A stretch of 26,792 nucleotides of DNA from a virus (IMGVR_UViG_3300020042_006106:1-26792); one strand, 5' to 3'; counted from the stretch's first letter, positions 1 to 9,320 are shown. Numbers and translations are program-made. Notes: generated by a model from the sequence alone, not told the origin.

Positions 1-15
1 GTTGGCGCAGGCTAA
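1..15 (+). CDS. 3' end of an upstream gene (..VGAG*), possibly a capsid or capsid-decoration gene
   Basis: GTT GGC GCA GGC TAA precedes a terminator; identity inferred from position only. Confidence 0.35.
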   Translation, partial: VGAG

Positions 16-23
16 TCAGAAAC

Positions 24-55
24 GATGCCCCACTCAAAAGGTGGGGTGTCTTTTT
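24..55 (+). terminator. Rho-independent terminator
   Basis: GATGCCCCAC-tcaaaag-GTGGGGTGTC stem followed by TTTTT. Confidence 0.8.
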
Positions 56-56
56 A

Positions 57-1688
57 ATGAGTTCTTTGCCTTTAAAAATTACTGGTAAATGTGTCGCAGA
101 AGATGAGACATTGTTTGCCAATATGGATGCGGCGATTGCTAGAGGTTACCCACAGGTAAAAGAAGCGCAACCGATAAAGACTAGCGCAATCCTGTTGGTG
201 GCAAGCGCACCAAGCGTTAAAGGTCAGTTAGAGCTTATTAAAAAGATGAAAGCGGCAGGGTCGCCTATTGTGGCAATCAAGGGCGCACATGATTGGCTTA
301 TTGATAACGGCGTGATACCTGATTACGCATTAGCCATTGATCCGCAAGAGCACAGGATAGCGTTTTACAAACCGCAGCCGTCTGTGCATTACATGATTGC
401 AAGCCAATGCCATCCAGCAATGTTTGACAACCTAGATGGGTATCAGGTCACGCTATGGCATCCATACGTTAAAAAGGGGCAAGACCGCCCTAAAAACTCC
501 ATGTTGATAGGTGGGGGTACAACCTCGGGATTAAGGGCTATATCGTTGTTCTACGTCCTTGGCTACCGCCAGTTTGAGCTGTTTGGCTTTGACTCATGCA
601 ATGACGGCAAGATGCTGAGAGTTAACGGCGATGGGCTAAAAGATGGCGACAAACTGATTGAGGTAAAGATTGACCCACAGGGCGAGAACTTCTATTGCAA
701 TACAGCTATGGCGTTGCAAGCCGAGCATTTCCAAACGTACTACGATTATTTGCCTGATGCGGTGTTCAATGGGCATGGGCATGGGTTAATCCAAGCCATT
801 ATCAAGATGCGCGAACAAAACATGATGGAGCTTGGCAACATCATTAATGTTAAGGCAGACCTTAACGACCGCACATCATTCATCCATTTTGGTAACGAGA
901 CTGCTGCGAGCTGGCGTTACCGCGCCAAGATACCGGCGGGGGATTGGGCAAGCCAAAACGATTTAACCGCTGACACGCTGATATTTGCCAAACCGCAAGC
1001 CAACGAGCTGATGGTGATGGCAAGAGCTAAAGCCCGAGGCGCTTGGGTGGTGGTGGACTTTTGTGATGATCATTTCGATTGGATGCACTACCAAGAGGCG
1101 TTACGCCTTGCAGACGCGGTGACTTGTTCCACCACCGAGATGGCTAAGAGAATTAAAGAGCTAGGGCGGGACGCTACTGTCATCCCCGACCCTTATGAGT
1201 ACCCCGAGATGCCACCGCATTGCAATGGGGTTAATTTGCTATGGTATGGGCATCATGTCAACCGTGAAAGCCTAAGACGCATATTGCCTGACCTTGAGGG
1301 TTATCCCTTGCGGGTGGTGTCTAATTTTGATGGGGCAATCCCTTGGTCGCATGAAACCATGTTGGAAGAATTTGCCCGAGCCGATATAGTGGTGATCCCT
1401 GCCACAGCTCCTTACAAGAGCGCAAACAGGGCAATTGAGGCGATTCGACAAGGATGTTTTGTGGTTGCAGAGCCGCATCCAGCCTTAGAAGGTTTTCCCA
1501 GTTACATGGGCAACATCAAAGAGGGCATCGAATGGACAAAACAGCAGAACATGAACGAACTTATATCCAAGGCGCAGAGGTTCGTGACGGCAGAATTCTC
1601 GCCTCAAATACTGATCGACAAGTGGAAGACAGCTACGAAACGGCTTACAACCTTGGATGCGGAAAAAAGAAATGGGACGGTTGGATAA
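57..1688 (+). CDS. Fusion: N-terminal DUF115 (MptE-like/Maf) domain plus C-terminal GT-B glycosyltransferase
   Basis: N-half VASAPSV, GAHDWLIDNGVIPDYALAIDP, GGTTSGLRAISLFYVLGYRQFELFGFDSC; C-half VVDFCDD, ADAVTCST, ADIVVIP..KSANRAIEAIRQGCFVVA (GT4-like). Confidence 0.75.
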   Translation: MSSLPLKITGKCVAEDETLFANMDAAIARGYPQVKEAQPIKTSAILLVASAPSVKGQLELIKKMKAAGSPIVAIKGAHDWLIDNGVIPDYALAIDPQEHRIAFYKPQPSVHYMIASQCHPAMFDNLDGYQVTLWHPYVKKGQDRPKNSMLIGGGTTSGLRAISLFYVLGYRQFELFGFDSCNDGKMLRVNGDGLKDGDKLIEVKIDPQGENFYCNTAMALQAEHFQTYYDYLPDAVFNGHGHGLIQAIIKMREQNMMELGNIINVKADLNDRTSFIHFGNETAASWRYRAKIPAGDWASQNDLTADTLIFAKPQANELMVMARAKARGAWVVVDFCDDHFDWMHYQEALRLADAVTCSTTEMAKRIKELGRDATVIPDPYEYPEMPPHCNGVNLLWYGHHVNRESLRRILPDLEGYPLRVVSNFDGAIPWSHETMLEEFARADIVVIPATAPYKSANRAIEAIRQGCFVVAEPHPALEGFPSYMGNIKEGIEWTKQQNMNELISKAQRFVTAEFSPQILIDKWKTATKRLTTLDAEKRNGTVG

Positions 1689-2134
1689 ACGTAGACCTGC
1701 ATTCTGACATTTCCGACATCAAATGCGACCTTAGAAAACTTGAGCTAGCAACCGATTCTGCTGATGCGGTAGCGGCAATCCATGTTTTAGAGCACTTTTA
1801 TGAGTGGGAGGTTTATGACCTACTGACCGAGTGGAAGCGGGTGCTTAAGCCTGGCGGCAAAATGATCCTAGAGCTTCCCTGCATGGATAAGGTGTTTGCT
1901 TATGTCCACAACTGTGTGGTCAACAAAGAGCCTTTACAGCCCTTTATGACGCTAAATGCGTTGTACGGTGACCCTAAATACAAGTCTGAGGCCATGTGCC
2001 ACCATTGGGGTTGGTTTCAACGCCCATTGCAAGATATGCTGGAAACCGTGGGTATGCAACAGATTACGTTTTGCGAGCCTAGATACCATTTCCCATTTCG
2101 TGACATGAGGGTCGAATGCTTAAAGGGGTCTTGA
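1532..2134 (+). CDS. Class I SAM-dependent methyltransferase (type 11-like); start uncertain (ATG 1532 or GTG 1622)
   Basis: NLGCG motif I, GWINVD, IHVLEHF, WKRVLKPGG; GAGGG at 1521-1525 precedes ATG 1532. Confidence 0.85.
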   Translation: MDKTAEHERTYIQGAEVRDGRILASNTDRQVEDSYETAYNLGCGKKKWDGWINVDLHSDISDIKCDLRKLELATDSADAVAAIHVLEHFYEWEVYDLLTEWKRVLKPGGKMILELPCMDKVFAYVHNCVVNKEPLQPFMTLNALYGDPKYKSEAMCHHWGWFQRPLQDMLETVGMQQITFCEPRYHFPFRDMRVECLKGS

Positions 2135-2853
2135 CCAACGCCGAGCGCCATGAGCAAATGGCAAAGTCAATGCACCTGCCCTTGCTTAAGAAAAAAGGCA
2201 AATTCAACGACAGGCGCATGACCATTGCTTGCTATGGCCCAAGCCTTGCAGACACTTGGAAGCAGCTCAAGCACCCAATCATGACGGTCTCTGGGGCGCA
2301 TGACTATTTGGTGGAAAGAGGGGTTATCCCTGATTTTCACGTTGACTGCGACCCAAGACCGCATAAAGCGCAGATGTTAAGAAAGCCACAGAAAACCACT
2401 AAGTATCTGATGGCCTCGGTTTGTCATCCAAACTTTTGGGAGACTCTCAAAGGAAAAAATGTTAAGGTATGGCATTTGGTGAATGGGGATGATTTAGAAA
2501 CGGTGGCATGGGTTGCCCAGCACCACCCCGAGGGCATGGAAAGCCTGATAGGGGGCGGTTCTAGTGTGGGCATGAGGGCAATGAATGTTTCGGCGGCTTT
2601 AGGGTTTCGCCGGTTTGACATTCACGGCATGGATTGTTCATTCACAAATAACCGCCATGCAGGTGCTCATACTGGCAAAGATCAAGTTAAAATCATGGTC
2701 AATGTTGGTTTGAGAACTTTCCAAACGACACAGCAAATGCTCCAAGCGGCGATTGAAATGGAGAATTTCATAGACACGCAGGATGCGGAAGTGGTGTTTT
2801 ACGGCGATGGTCTAATGCAGGAAACTGCTTTCAAACTCAAGGAATTAGCATGA
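2116..2853 (+). CDS. Second DUF115 (MptE-like/Maf) family protein
   Basis: IACYGPSL, GAHDYLVERGVIPDFHVDCDP, GGSSVGMRAMNVSAALGFRRFDIHGMDCS; paralogous to the N-half of 57..1688. Confidence 0.8.
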   Translation: MLKGVLTNAERHEQMAKSMHLPLLKKKGKFNDRRMTIACYGPSLADTWKQLKHPIMTVSGAHDYLVERGVIPDFHVDCDPRPHKAQMLRKPQKTTKYLMASVCHPNFWETLKGKNVKVWHLVNGDDLETVAWVAQHHPEGMESLIGGGSSVGMRAMNVSAALGFRRFDIHGMDCSFTNNRHAGAHTGKDQVKIMVNVGLRTFQTTQQMLQAAIEMENFIDTQDAEVVFYGDGLMQETAFKLKELA

Positions 2854-3428
2854 AAAACGAAGTAGCGGGTTGGACAAACGAGAGCTTCATGGAAGATAAC
2901 CGTGGCAAGATGGCGGTGTTTTTTCATGCGGTGCAGGTGCGTAATAACTTTAAATCAGATGCGGAGAAGCGCCCAATCTTTGAGGAGCGCATCTTTATCA
3001 AGAAGTTAGTGCCAGGCGATTCGACCTTAATTGTTGACCGCCCTATGCGCGAGCAAGACATGGAAGATTACCCAATTGAGTGGGCAAGATACGAGCAAAA
3101 GAAAGAACAAAAAGTAGCTGGCACACCCATTGACGCATGGATGGCGGTATCTGACACACAAAAAGCAGAATTTAAGGCGCTTAACATTTTTACCATTGAC
3201 CAGTTTGCCAACCTGCCCGATGTGGCTGGCGACAAGATCATGGGCTTTAACGACTTGAGATCAAAGGCTCGGGCTTTCATTATGGCGGCGCAAGATTCGC
3301 AGATGATGGACAAAATCCGCGCAGAGATGGATAAAAAACTAGAGGCTCAAGAGGCTGAACTAGCTGAACTCCGTGCGATGATTAATAAAAGAGCCGGACG
3401 ACCTAAAAAAGAAACCGTAGAGGAGTGA
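2850..3428 (+). CDS. Phage protein of the head-completion region with coiled coil and C-terminal AT-hook-like motif
   Basis: ATGA-coupled ORF; ends AELAELRAMINKRAGRPKK. Confidence 0.7.
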   Translation: MKNEVAGWTNESFMEDNRGKMAVFFHAVQVRNNFKSDAEKRPIFEERIFIKKLVPGDSTLIVDRPMREQDMEDYPIEWARYEQKKEQKVAGTPIDAWMAVSDTQKAEFKALNIFTIDQFANLPDVAGDKIMGFNDLRSKARAFIMAAQDSQMMDKIRAEMDKKLEAQEAELAELRAMINKRAGRPKKETVEE

Positions 3429-3429
3429 C

Positions 3430-4347
3430 ATGAGCTACACATTACTGCAAGTGGTTGACCAAATGTCCGCAGAGTTGGGCTTGACTCAGCCACCGTCAGT
3501 AATTGGCTCATCCAACAATCAAACCATCCAAATTCTTGCCTTAGCTAATCGCTTGGGTAAGGATTTGGTTAGGGATTACGAATGGCAGCGTTTGGTGCAA
3601 GCCTATATTTGGCAGACTCAGGTTGCTGTAAGCACCACCGGCACTATTACGGCAGGTTCTAGGGTGATCACGGCAATCCCAAGCACGGCGGCTTTGCAGG
3701 TGGGCAATGTGGTCACAGGCACAGGGCAAGCGCCTTATGCTGAGATTTTGACCATTGACAGCGGTACGCAGGTCACGCTAAACACGCCGGTTGCAACATC
3801 CACGGCAGCGGTTTCAATGACGTTTGCCAAGCAGGACTATGACTTGCCTGATAGCTATGACCGCATGATTTCCGACACCAATTGGGATCGTACAGACCAT
3901 TGGCGTAACCTTGGGCCAAAGTCATCACAAGATTGGCAGTTCTTGCAAGGCGGCATTATTTCAATTGGCCCACGCGAGCGTTACCGTATATACAACAATA
4001 AATTTAGGATTTTCCAAGCATTGACAACGGTTTACAACTTTGCTTTTGAGTATGTGTCGAACTATTGGGTATGTGCTACAGGCTCAGATCAAGGGTCTAA
4101 ATCAGCATTTACGTTGGACACAGACACCTCAATATTCCCTGATGATCTGATGTTGGCTGGTCTCAAGTTTTATTTTTTGAAAGCTAAAAAACTTGACTAT
4201 GCAATTGAACTAGGCGAATTCATGCGAGCGCTTTCTTATTGCAAAGCTCAAGATCAACCAGTTTCTGCCATGTCCCTTGCACCAGTTGGAATGAATCAAT
4301 TGGTTGGGCCTTGGAGTGTGCAAGATGGCAATTGGCCTAGTGTTTAA
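3430..4347 (+). CDS. Head-tail adaptor (tail tubular protein A / P22 gp4-like role)
   Basis: GGAG RBS; helical N-terminus TLLQVVDQMSAELGL, YEWQRL, DYDLPDSYDR; lies upstream of the nozzle gene. Confidence 0.65.
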   Translation: MSYTLLQVVDQMSAELGLTQPPSVIGSSNNQTIQILALANRLGKDLVRDYEWQRLVQAYIWQTQVAVSTTGTITAGSRVITAIPSTAALQVGNVVTGTGQAPYAEILTIDSGTQVTLNTPVATSTAAVSMTFAKQDYDLPDSYDRMISDTNWDRTDHWRNLGPKSSQDWQFLQGGIISIGPRERYRIYNNKFRIFQALTTVYNFAFEYVSNYWVCATGSDQGSKSAFTLDTDTSIFPDDLMLAGLKFYFLKAKKLDYAIELGEFMRALSYCKAQDQPVSAMSLAPVGMNQLVGPWSVQDGNWPSV

Positions 4348-4356
4348 GGGGATGAC

Positions 4357-4515
4357 ATGAAATTAGACGGTTTGTATGCAAATATTCAAGCAAAAAGGGC
4401 AAGGATCGCCGCAGGCTCGGGCGAGAAGATGAGAAAGCCAGGCACAGAGGGCGCACCATCAGCCAAAGACTTTAAACAAGCTGCCAAGACTGCAAAGCCT
4501 GAAAAAAAGAAATAA
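4357..4515 (+). CDS. Small basic phage protein, 52 aa, not in the ORF track
   Basis: MKLDGLYANIQAKRARIAAGSGEKMRKPGTEGAPSAKDFKQAAKTAKPEKKK*; AAGGGG RBS; fills the gap exactly up to ATG 4516. Confidence 0.8.
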   Translation: MKLDGLYANIQAKRARIAAGSGEKMRKPGTEGAPSAKDFKQAAKTAKPEKKK

Positions 4516-6063
4516 ATGCTAAATTCATTTGCCAAGATACCGCGCCAGCAAGCTGCCCAAACGGTGACGGTTGCCGCGCCTATTGGTGGATGGAATGCTC
4601 GGGATGCTTTGGGGGCAATGGACCCGCTAGATGCGGTGACGTTGCAAAACTTTTGGCCTGGCACTAACTCGGTCATTTTGAGGAACGGCTACACCAAACA
4701 CGCCACAGGATTACCCGCAGAAGTGCAGACATTGATGGCGTACAGCTCGGGGACTTCAAACAAATTGTTTGCTGTATCTGATGGCAAGATTTACGATGCT
4801 ACTAGCTCGGGCGCGGTGGGTGCGGCGGCTGTAAGTGGTCTTACAAACTCAAAATTTCAGTATGTAAACATCACCACACCGGCAGCGTCTTATTTGATGG
4901 CGGTTAATGGCGCAGATAAGTTACGCACTTTTGACGGCACAAACTGGCACATTGATGGCGATGGCGCGCCTTATGACATCACAAACATTGACACGGCAAC
5001 GGTTGCAAATATCACGTTGTTTAAAAATCGCATTTGGCTTACAACCAATGACACTTTAAAAGTTTGGTACTTGCCTGTTAACTCTATTGGCGGCGCGGCG
5101 GTTGCGTTAGACATGAGCAGTATTTTTCAGCTTGGTGGCTACATCATGGCGGGAATGACTTGGACGCTAGACGCTGGTTACGGCGTGGATGATTATTTGG
5201 TTTTCATTACAAGCAATGGAGAGGCGCTTGTTTGGCGTTTGACAGACCCAACAACGCCCGCAGGAATTTCACAGATTGGGCTTTATAAACTTGGCGCACC
5301 AATTGGCAGGCGCTGCTATACAAAGTTTGGCGGTGACTTGCTTGTCATTACTCAAGATGGCGTAGTGCCAATGAGTGGGGCATTGCAAAGCTCTAGGCTT
5401 GATCCAAGGGTGTCTATCACCAACAAGATCCAGTACGCCATGAGTTCGGCTATATCGGCTTATGGGGCTAATTTTGGGTGGCAACTGCTGTATTACCCAA
5501 AAGAAAATCAATTGATCTTAAATGTGCCATATGACGAGGGTGAGCAACAGCAATATGTAATGAACAACATTACAAAGAGCTGGTGTAACTTTACAGGTTG
5601 GTATGCAAATTGTTGGGAATTGCACATAGATGACCCTTACTTTGGCGGTAATGGCTATGTGGGCTTGGCTTGGAACGGCACAACTGATGACACCTCTAAT
5701 ATTGATGGATTTGGGTTACAGAGCTTTCAATCCTATGGAACGGCTTTGCAAAAGCAATGCAAGATGATCCGCTATCACCTGCAAACAAATGGTACGCCAT
5801 CAGTTTTTGGTAACGTAAATGTTGACTACAACTTAGCGGATGAATCGGCACAACTTAACTTTTCTACAAGTATTTATGGCTTATGGGACTCAGGGCTTTG
5901 GGATTCTGCTATTTGGGGAGCTGGGTTAGTGCCAAGTGCTGATTGGCAGGGGGCAACAAATATCGGATATACGTTTGCGCCGCTGATCAAAACTGCCACG
6001 CAAGGCATACAATTGCAATGGGTCGCAACCGATCTAGTGTTTGAGGGTGGCGGTGTTCTTTGA
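4516..6063 (+). CDS. Tail nozzle / packaged-DNA stabilisation protein (P22 gp10-like beta-propeller)
   Basis: APIGGWNARD start, beta-rich repeats, WDSGLWDSAIWG near the C-terminus; size and position. Confidence 0.7.
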   Translation: MLNSFAKIPRQQAAQTVTVAAPIGGWNARDALGAMDPLDAVTLQNFWPGTNSVILRNGYTKHATGLPAEVQTLMAYSSGTSNKLFAVSDGKIYDATSSGAVGAAAVSGLTNSKFQYVNITTPAASYLMAVNGADKLRTFDGTNWHIDGDGAPYDITNIDTATVANITLFKNRIWLTTNDTLKVWYLPVNSIGGAAVALDMSSIFQLGGYIMAGMTWTLDAGYGVDDYLVFITSNGEALVWRLTDPTTPAGISQIGLYKLGAPIGRRCYTKFGGDLLVITQDGVVPMSGALQSSRLDPRVSITNKIQYAMSSAISAYGANFGWQLLYYPKENQLILNVPYDEGEQQQYVMNNITKSWCNFTGWYANCWELHIDDPYFGGNGYVGLAWNGTTDDTSNIDGFGLQSFQSYGTALQKQCKMIRYHLQTNGTPSVFGNVNVDYNLADESAQLNFSTSIYGLWDSGLWDSAIWGAGLVPSADWQGATNIGYTFAPLIKTATQGIQLQWVATDLVFEGGGVL

Positions 6064-6493
6064 GTTAATTACCGATCATTCAGCAGGTCATTGGACGGCT
6101 GGGCAAACAAAAGGTAAGTATTTCGAGGCAAACAGCCAATCAATCGGATTGAAAAGAAATGACGAGTTTGTTGCTGGTGTCATTTACGAGAATTGGAATA
6201 GGCGAACAATCACTTGCCATATTGCCATTGCTGGTCGAATGACACCAAGATACTTGGCAATAATTTTTGATTATCCATTCAATGTTTGTGATGTCAAAAA
6301 GATTATTGTTCCAGTAGATTCAACAAATTCAAAAAGTATTAACTTGGTTGAAAAAATGGGTTTTACAGAAGAGGCCCGAATCAAGGACGGCATGGCTGAT
6401 GGAGACATGATTTTGTACACGTTAGCAAAGAATGATTGCAAATATTTAGGGGAACGATATGAAAGACTCACCGTCACCACCACCAGCTCCTGA
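6041..6493 (+). CDS. GNAT-like acetyltransferase of the virion assembly region
   Basis: NSKSINLVEKMGFTEEARI GNAT motif; located between nozzle and ejection genes. Confidence 0.75.
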   Translation: MRVAVFFELITDHSAGHWTAGQTKGKYFEANSQSIGLKRNDEFVAGVIYENWNRRTITCHIAIAGRMTPRYLAIIFDYPFNVCDVKKIIVPVDSTNSKSINLVEKMGFTEEARIKDGMADGDMILYTLAKNDCKYLGERYERLTVTTTSS

Positions 6494-7358
6494 TTACAGA
6501 GGCGCGGCGCAGGAGCAAGGCGCGGCTAATTTAGATTCTGCAAGGGCTACGGCTAAGCTGTCTAATCCAAATACATACACGCCTTATGGTACGCAATTGG
6601 TTTCTTATGACGGCGATATTCCTACTATTCGCCAAACCCTTACGCCCACCGCACAAAAGACATTAGAAGCGCAACAAGGCGTTCAGCTTTCACTTGCAAA
6701 CCTTGGGCAAAAAGGCGCAGACACGGCTAGTAGTGTGCTTGATAAGCCTTTTAGTTTTGGTGGGCCTGCGGTGCAGACATCGTTAGATACAAGTCAAATT
6801 GCAAAGATGCCGGTTAACGCAGGTATGACAGGGCAAGAGGCAATCATGTCTCGCCTTAATCCATCTTTGGCAAGACAAAGAACAACCACCGAGACCAACT
6901 TAATCAATCAAGGGTTGCGGCCTGGCATGGAGGGTTACGACAACGCCATTAGATCGCTTGGTGAGCAAGAGACTGACGCAAGAACGCAGGCGGTTTTACA
7001 AGGTATTAACCTTGACGTTGGCGCAAATGCCCAAGGATTTAACCAAGCGGTGCAATCGGGTCAGTTTGGCAATACCGCTATACAGCAGGCGATTGCACAA
7101 GCAATCCAAGAACGTCAATTGCCATTGAATGAGATCACGGCGCTGATGTCAGGCTCACAGATTCAAAACCCACAGTTTGGCGCTTACCAAGGCTCTACGG
7201 TTGCGCCACCGCCAATATTCCAAGCGACACAACAGAAAGGAATGTTTGATGCCAACACTTACAACCAACAAGTTGCTGAAGCCAATGCTCAAACGGCAGG
7301 TTTATATTCTTTGGGTGGTGCGGCAATGAAATATGGCCCAGCAATGATGGCGGCATAA
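6459..7358 (+). CDS. DNA ejection/pilot protein
   Basis: SPSPPPAPDY N-terminus, Q/A/G-rich low-complexity sequence, position. Confidence 0.6.
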   Translation: MKDSPSPPPAPDYRGAAQEQGAANLDSARATAKLSNPNTYTPYGTQLVSYDGDIPTIRQTLTPTAQKTLEAQQGVQLSLANLGQKGADTASSVLDKPFSFGGPAVQTSLDTSQIAKMPVNAGMTGQEAIMSRLNPSLARQRTTTETNLINQGLRPGMEGYDNAIRSLGEQETDARTQAVLQGINLDVGANAQGFNQAVQSGQFGNTAIQQAIAQAIQERQLPLNEITALMSGSQIQNPQFGAYQGSTVAPPPIFQATQQKGMFDANTYNQQVAEANAQTAGLYSLGGAAMKYGPAMMAA

Positions 7359-7379
7359 GGTTGATTATGGGAGACTTTG

Positions 7380-9320
7380 ATGGCAGATATTAATTTAAGC
7401 CCTTTGACCGCCGAGCAAGCGGCATTAGACCGCCGCCGCAAGATGGCAGAGGCTATGCAACAGCAGGCTATTTTGCCCATTGATATGCCAACTGCGCCAG
7501 GCGTAAGGATCAGCCCATACCAAGGTCTTGCCAAGCTATTGCAAGGCTACATTGCTGGTCAAGAATTACAAAAAGCCGACACCGAACAAAAAGCACTTGA
7601 AGCTAACACAATGTCTGACTTTGCTAAGATTTTTGGGCTTGCAGGTCGAACTGAGACCGTGCCTGGCGCTGTAACCTCTGCCGCCGTGCCATCAGCACCT
7701 ATTCCTGAAAATATTGCACAACAAGCAGAATTAGAAAGATTAAGTCAACCCAAAGCTCGCTTTGAAGCACAAGCCGCTTATGGTGGAAATCCAATATTAG
7801 CCAATGCGGAACAGATTAAAACTCTACCCACCATGTCAGAAGCTCAACCCGAAGTAAGAGCGCCTAGCCAACAAGTTTCCGCGCTTAAAGCCAGTATGTT
7901 GGAAGACCCTAAGTTTACACAAACAAGCGCAGGTCGCATGATGTTGGCGCAAGCCCTGATGCAACAACAAGCACAACAACAAGCGGCGGCTCAAAGAAAA
8001 CTAGAAGCCGAGCAAGCAATTATAAAAATTGGCCCTGAAGATACCGCAGGCAGAATAATTGGCGATAAATTCGTACCTTTTGTTACAGGCGCAAAACAGC
8101 CTAAGTGGGAAAAATTTAGCAAATTTGATCCAAATGGTCAAGAAATTATTGGATTGATTAACAAAAATGCACCCGATCCTTTTTCTACTTTTATTGAGGG
8201 TGCTAGAAAACCCGAGGATTTGGTATCTGTTGATACTACTAACGACCAAGGTCAAGCAGTTACACGTTATTTTAATAAAAGCGACCCATTGCTTAAATCG
8301 GGTGTGCCTAAACCTTTGGTGGGCATTTTGGGCGACTTGCAAACTGCTGGCGCTTTGCCGCCCAATTGGAAAGAAAACCCAGCTATTGTGGACTTAGTTA
8401 ACACTTCATTGGTCAACAAAGCTGGCGGCATTACACCTAAAAATATTTTTGACTTCAAGATTGCTTTGGCTGATCTTGCCATTAAAAAGGCAACGCTAGC
8501 TGACCAAGGCGTGACCACAAATGTGGCAATACCTACTGCGCCTACCCCTACAACTGGTGTTTTAGGGGCTATTCAAAGCCGCCCTGTTTCTCAGTCTGCT
8601 ATTCCAATTACACAAGCCGCGCCTGTTGTTGCTCCAACCACCGCCGTACTACCAAAAAATCGCCCATACACGCCTTTAAATGCGCCAAGAGCTGCCGCGC
8701 CCGCCCCTGCGCCCGCAGAAGTGCCAACCGCATCCAATTTAAGCCCAAGGGATATGCGTGAGATTGAAAAGCAAAAACTTATGTCTGTTAACAAAGACAT
8801 GACAGAAACGCAGAGCAATGCGGCATTGTTTGGCGGCGCAATGGCGCAAGCCAATGCAACCATGAAAGAACTTGAAAAAGCTGGAACAGTTAAAAATGCG
8901 GTAATCCCTGCAATGATGCAAAGCTTGGTTGGCTTAGTGCCTTTGGGCGTGGGTGAAAAGGTTGCAGATCAAATTGAATCTATTGCTAGGACTGACCCCA
9001 CAAGTTTGGTTGGCCCTAACGCAGATCAGCAACGTCTTGCCCAAGCCCAAATTGCATTTTCAACAGCTTGGTTGCGTAAAACCTCAGGAGCGTCGTTTGG
9101 GGCTTCTGAAATTTCAAACACCATAAAAGAGTTTTTCCCCATGATTGGCGAGGGCGACAAAGTAATTAAGCAAAAAAGGGAAGCCCGAGAGCGAGCCATT
9201 GATGGCATGAGAATTGGAACAACAAAAGAGGGTCAAGCCTATATTGACCGGTATATGAGTGGTCAGCCTAAAGCCCCATCAGGCGGCGGTGCTGATCCTT
9301 TAGGCTTGCGGGGTAAATAA
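7380..9320 (+). CDS. Internal virion (ejectosome) protein
   Basis: Large A/Q/P-rich helical protein; GGGAG RBS before ATG 7380; position. Confidence 0.6.
   Translation: MADINLSPLTAEQAALDRRRKMAEAMQQQAILPIDMPTAPGVRISPYQGLAKLLQGYIAGQELQKADTEQKALEANTMSDFAKIFGLAGRTETVPGAVTSAAVPSAPIPENIAQQAELERLSQPKARFEAQAAYGGNPILANAEQIKTLPTMSEAQPEVRAPSQQVSALKASMLEDPKFTQTSAGRMMLAQALMQQQAQQQAAAQRKLEAEQAIIKIGPEDTAGRIIGDKFVPFVTGAKQPKWEKFSKFDPNGQEIIGLINKNAPDPFSTFIEGARKPEDLVSVDTTNDQGQAVTRYFNKSDPLLKSGVPKPLVGILGDLQTAGALPPNWKENPAIVDLVNTSLVNKAGGITPKNIFDFKIALADLAIKKATLADQGVTTNVAIPTAPTPTTGVLGAIQSRPVSQSAIPITQAAPVVAPTTAVLPKNRPYTPLNAPRAAAPAPAPAEVPTASNLSPRDMREIEKQKLMSVNKDMTETQSNAALFGGAMAQANATMKELEKAGTVKNAVIPAMMQSLVGLVPLGVGEKVADQIESIARTDPTSLVGPNADQQRLAQAQIAFSTAWLRKTSGASFGASEISNTIKEFFPMIGEGDKVIKQKREARERAIDGMRIGTTKEGQAYIDRYMSGQPKAPSGGGADPLGLRGK

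Noticed and set aside
57-2853. Folate/pterin auxiliary metabolism (literal MptE annotation)
   Set aside because: No other pterin genes are present; fusion to a glycosyltransferase and placement among structural genes favour a glycan role, though this is unproven.
6041-6493. GNAT gene as a toxin or as part of the glycosylation module
   Set aside because: An acetyltransferase-like gene between nozzle and ejection genes is a common podovirus arrangement, and no antitoxin is adjacent.
8520-8735. Pro/Ala/Thr-rich repeat-like stretch
   Set aside because: Low-complexity protein linker with no exact nucleotide tandem repeat.
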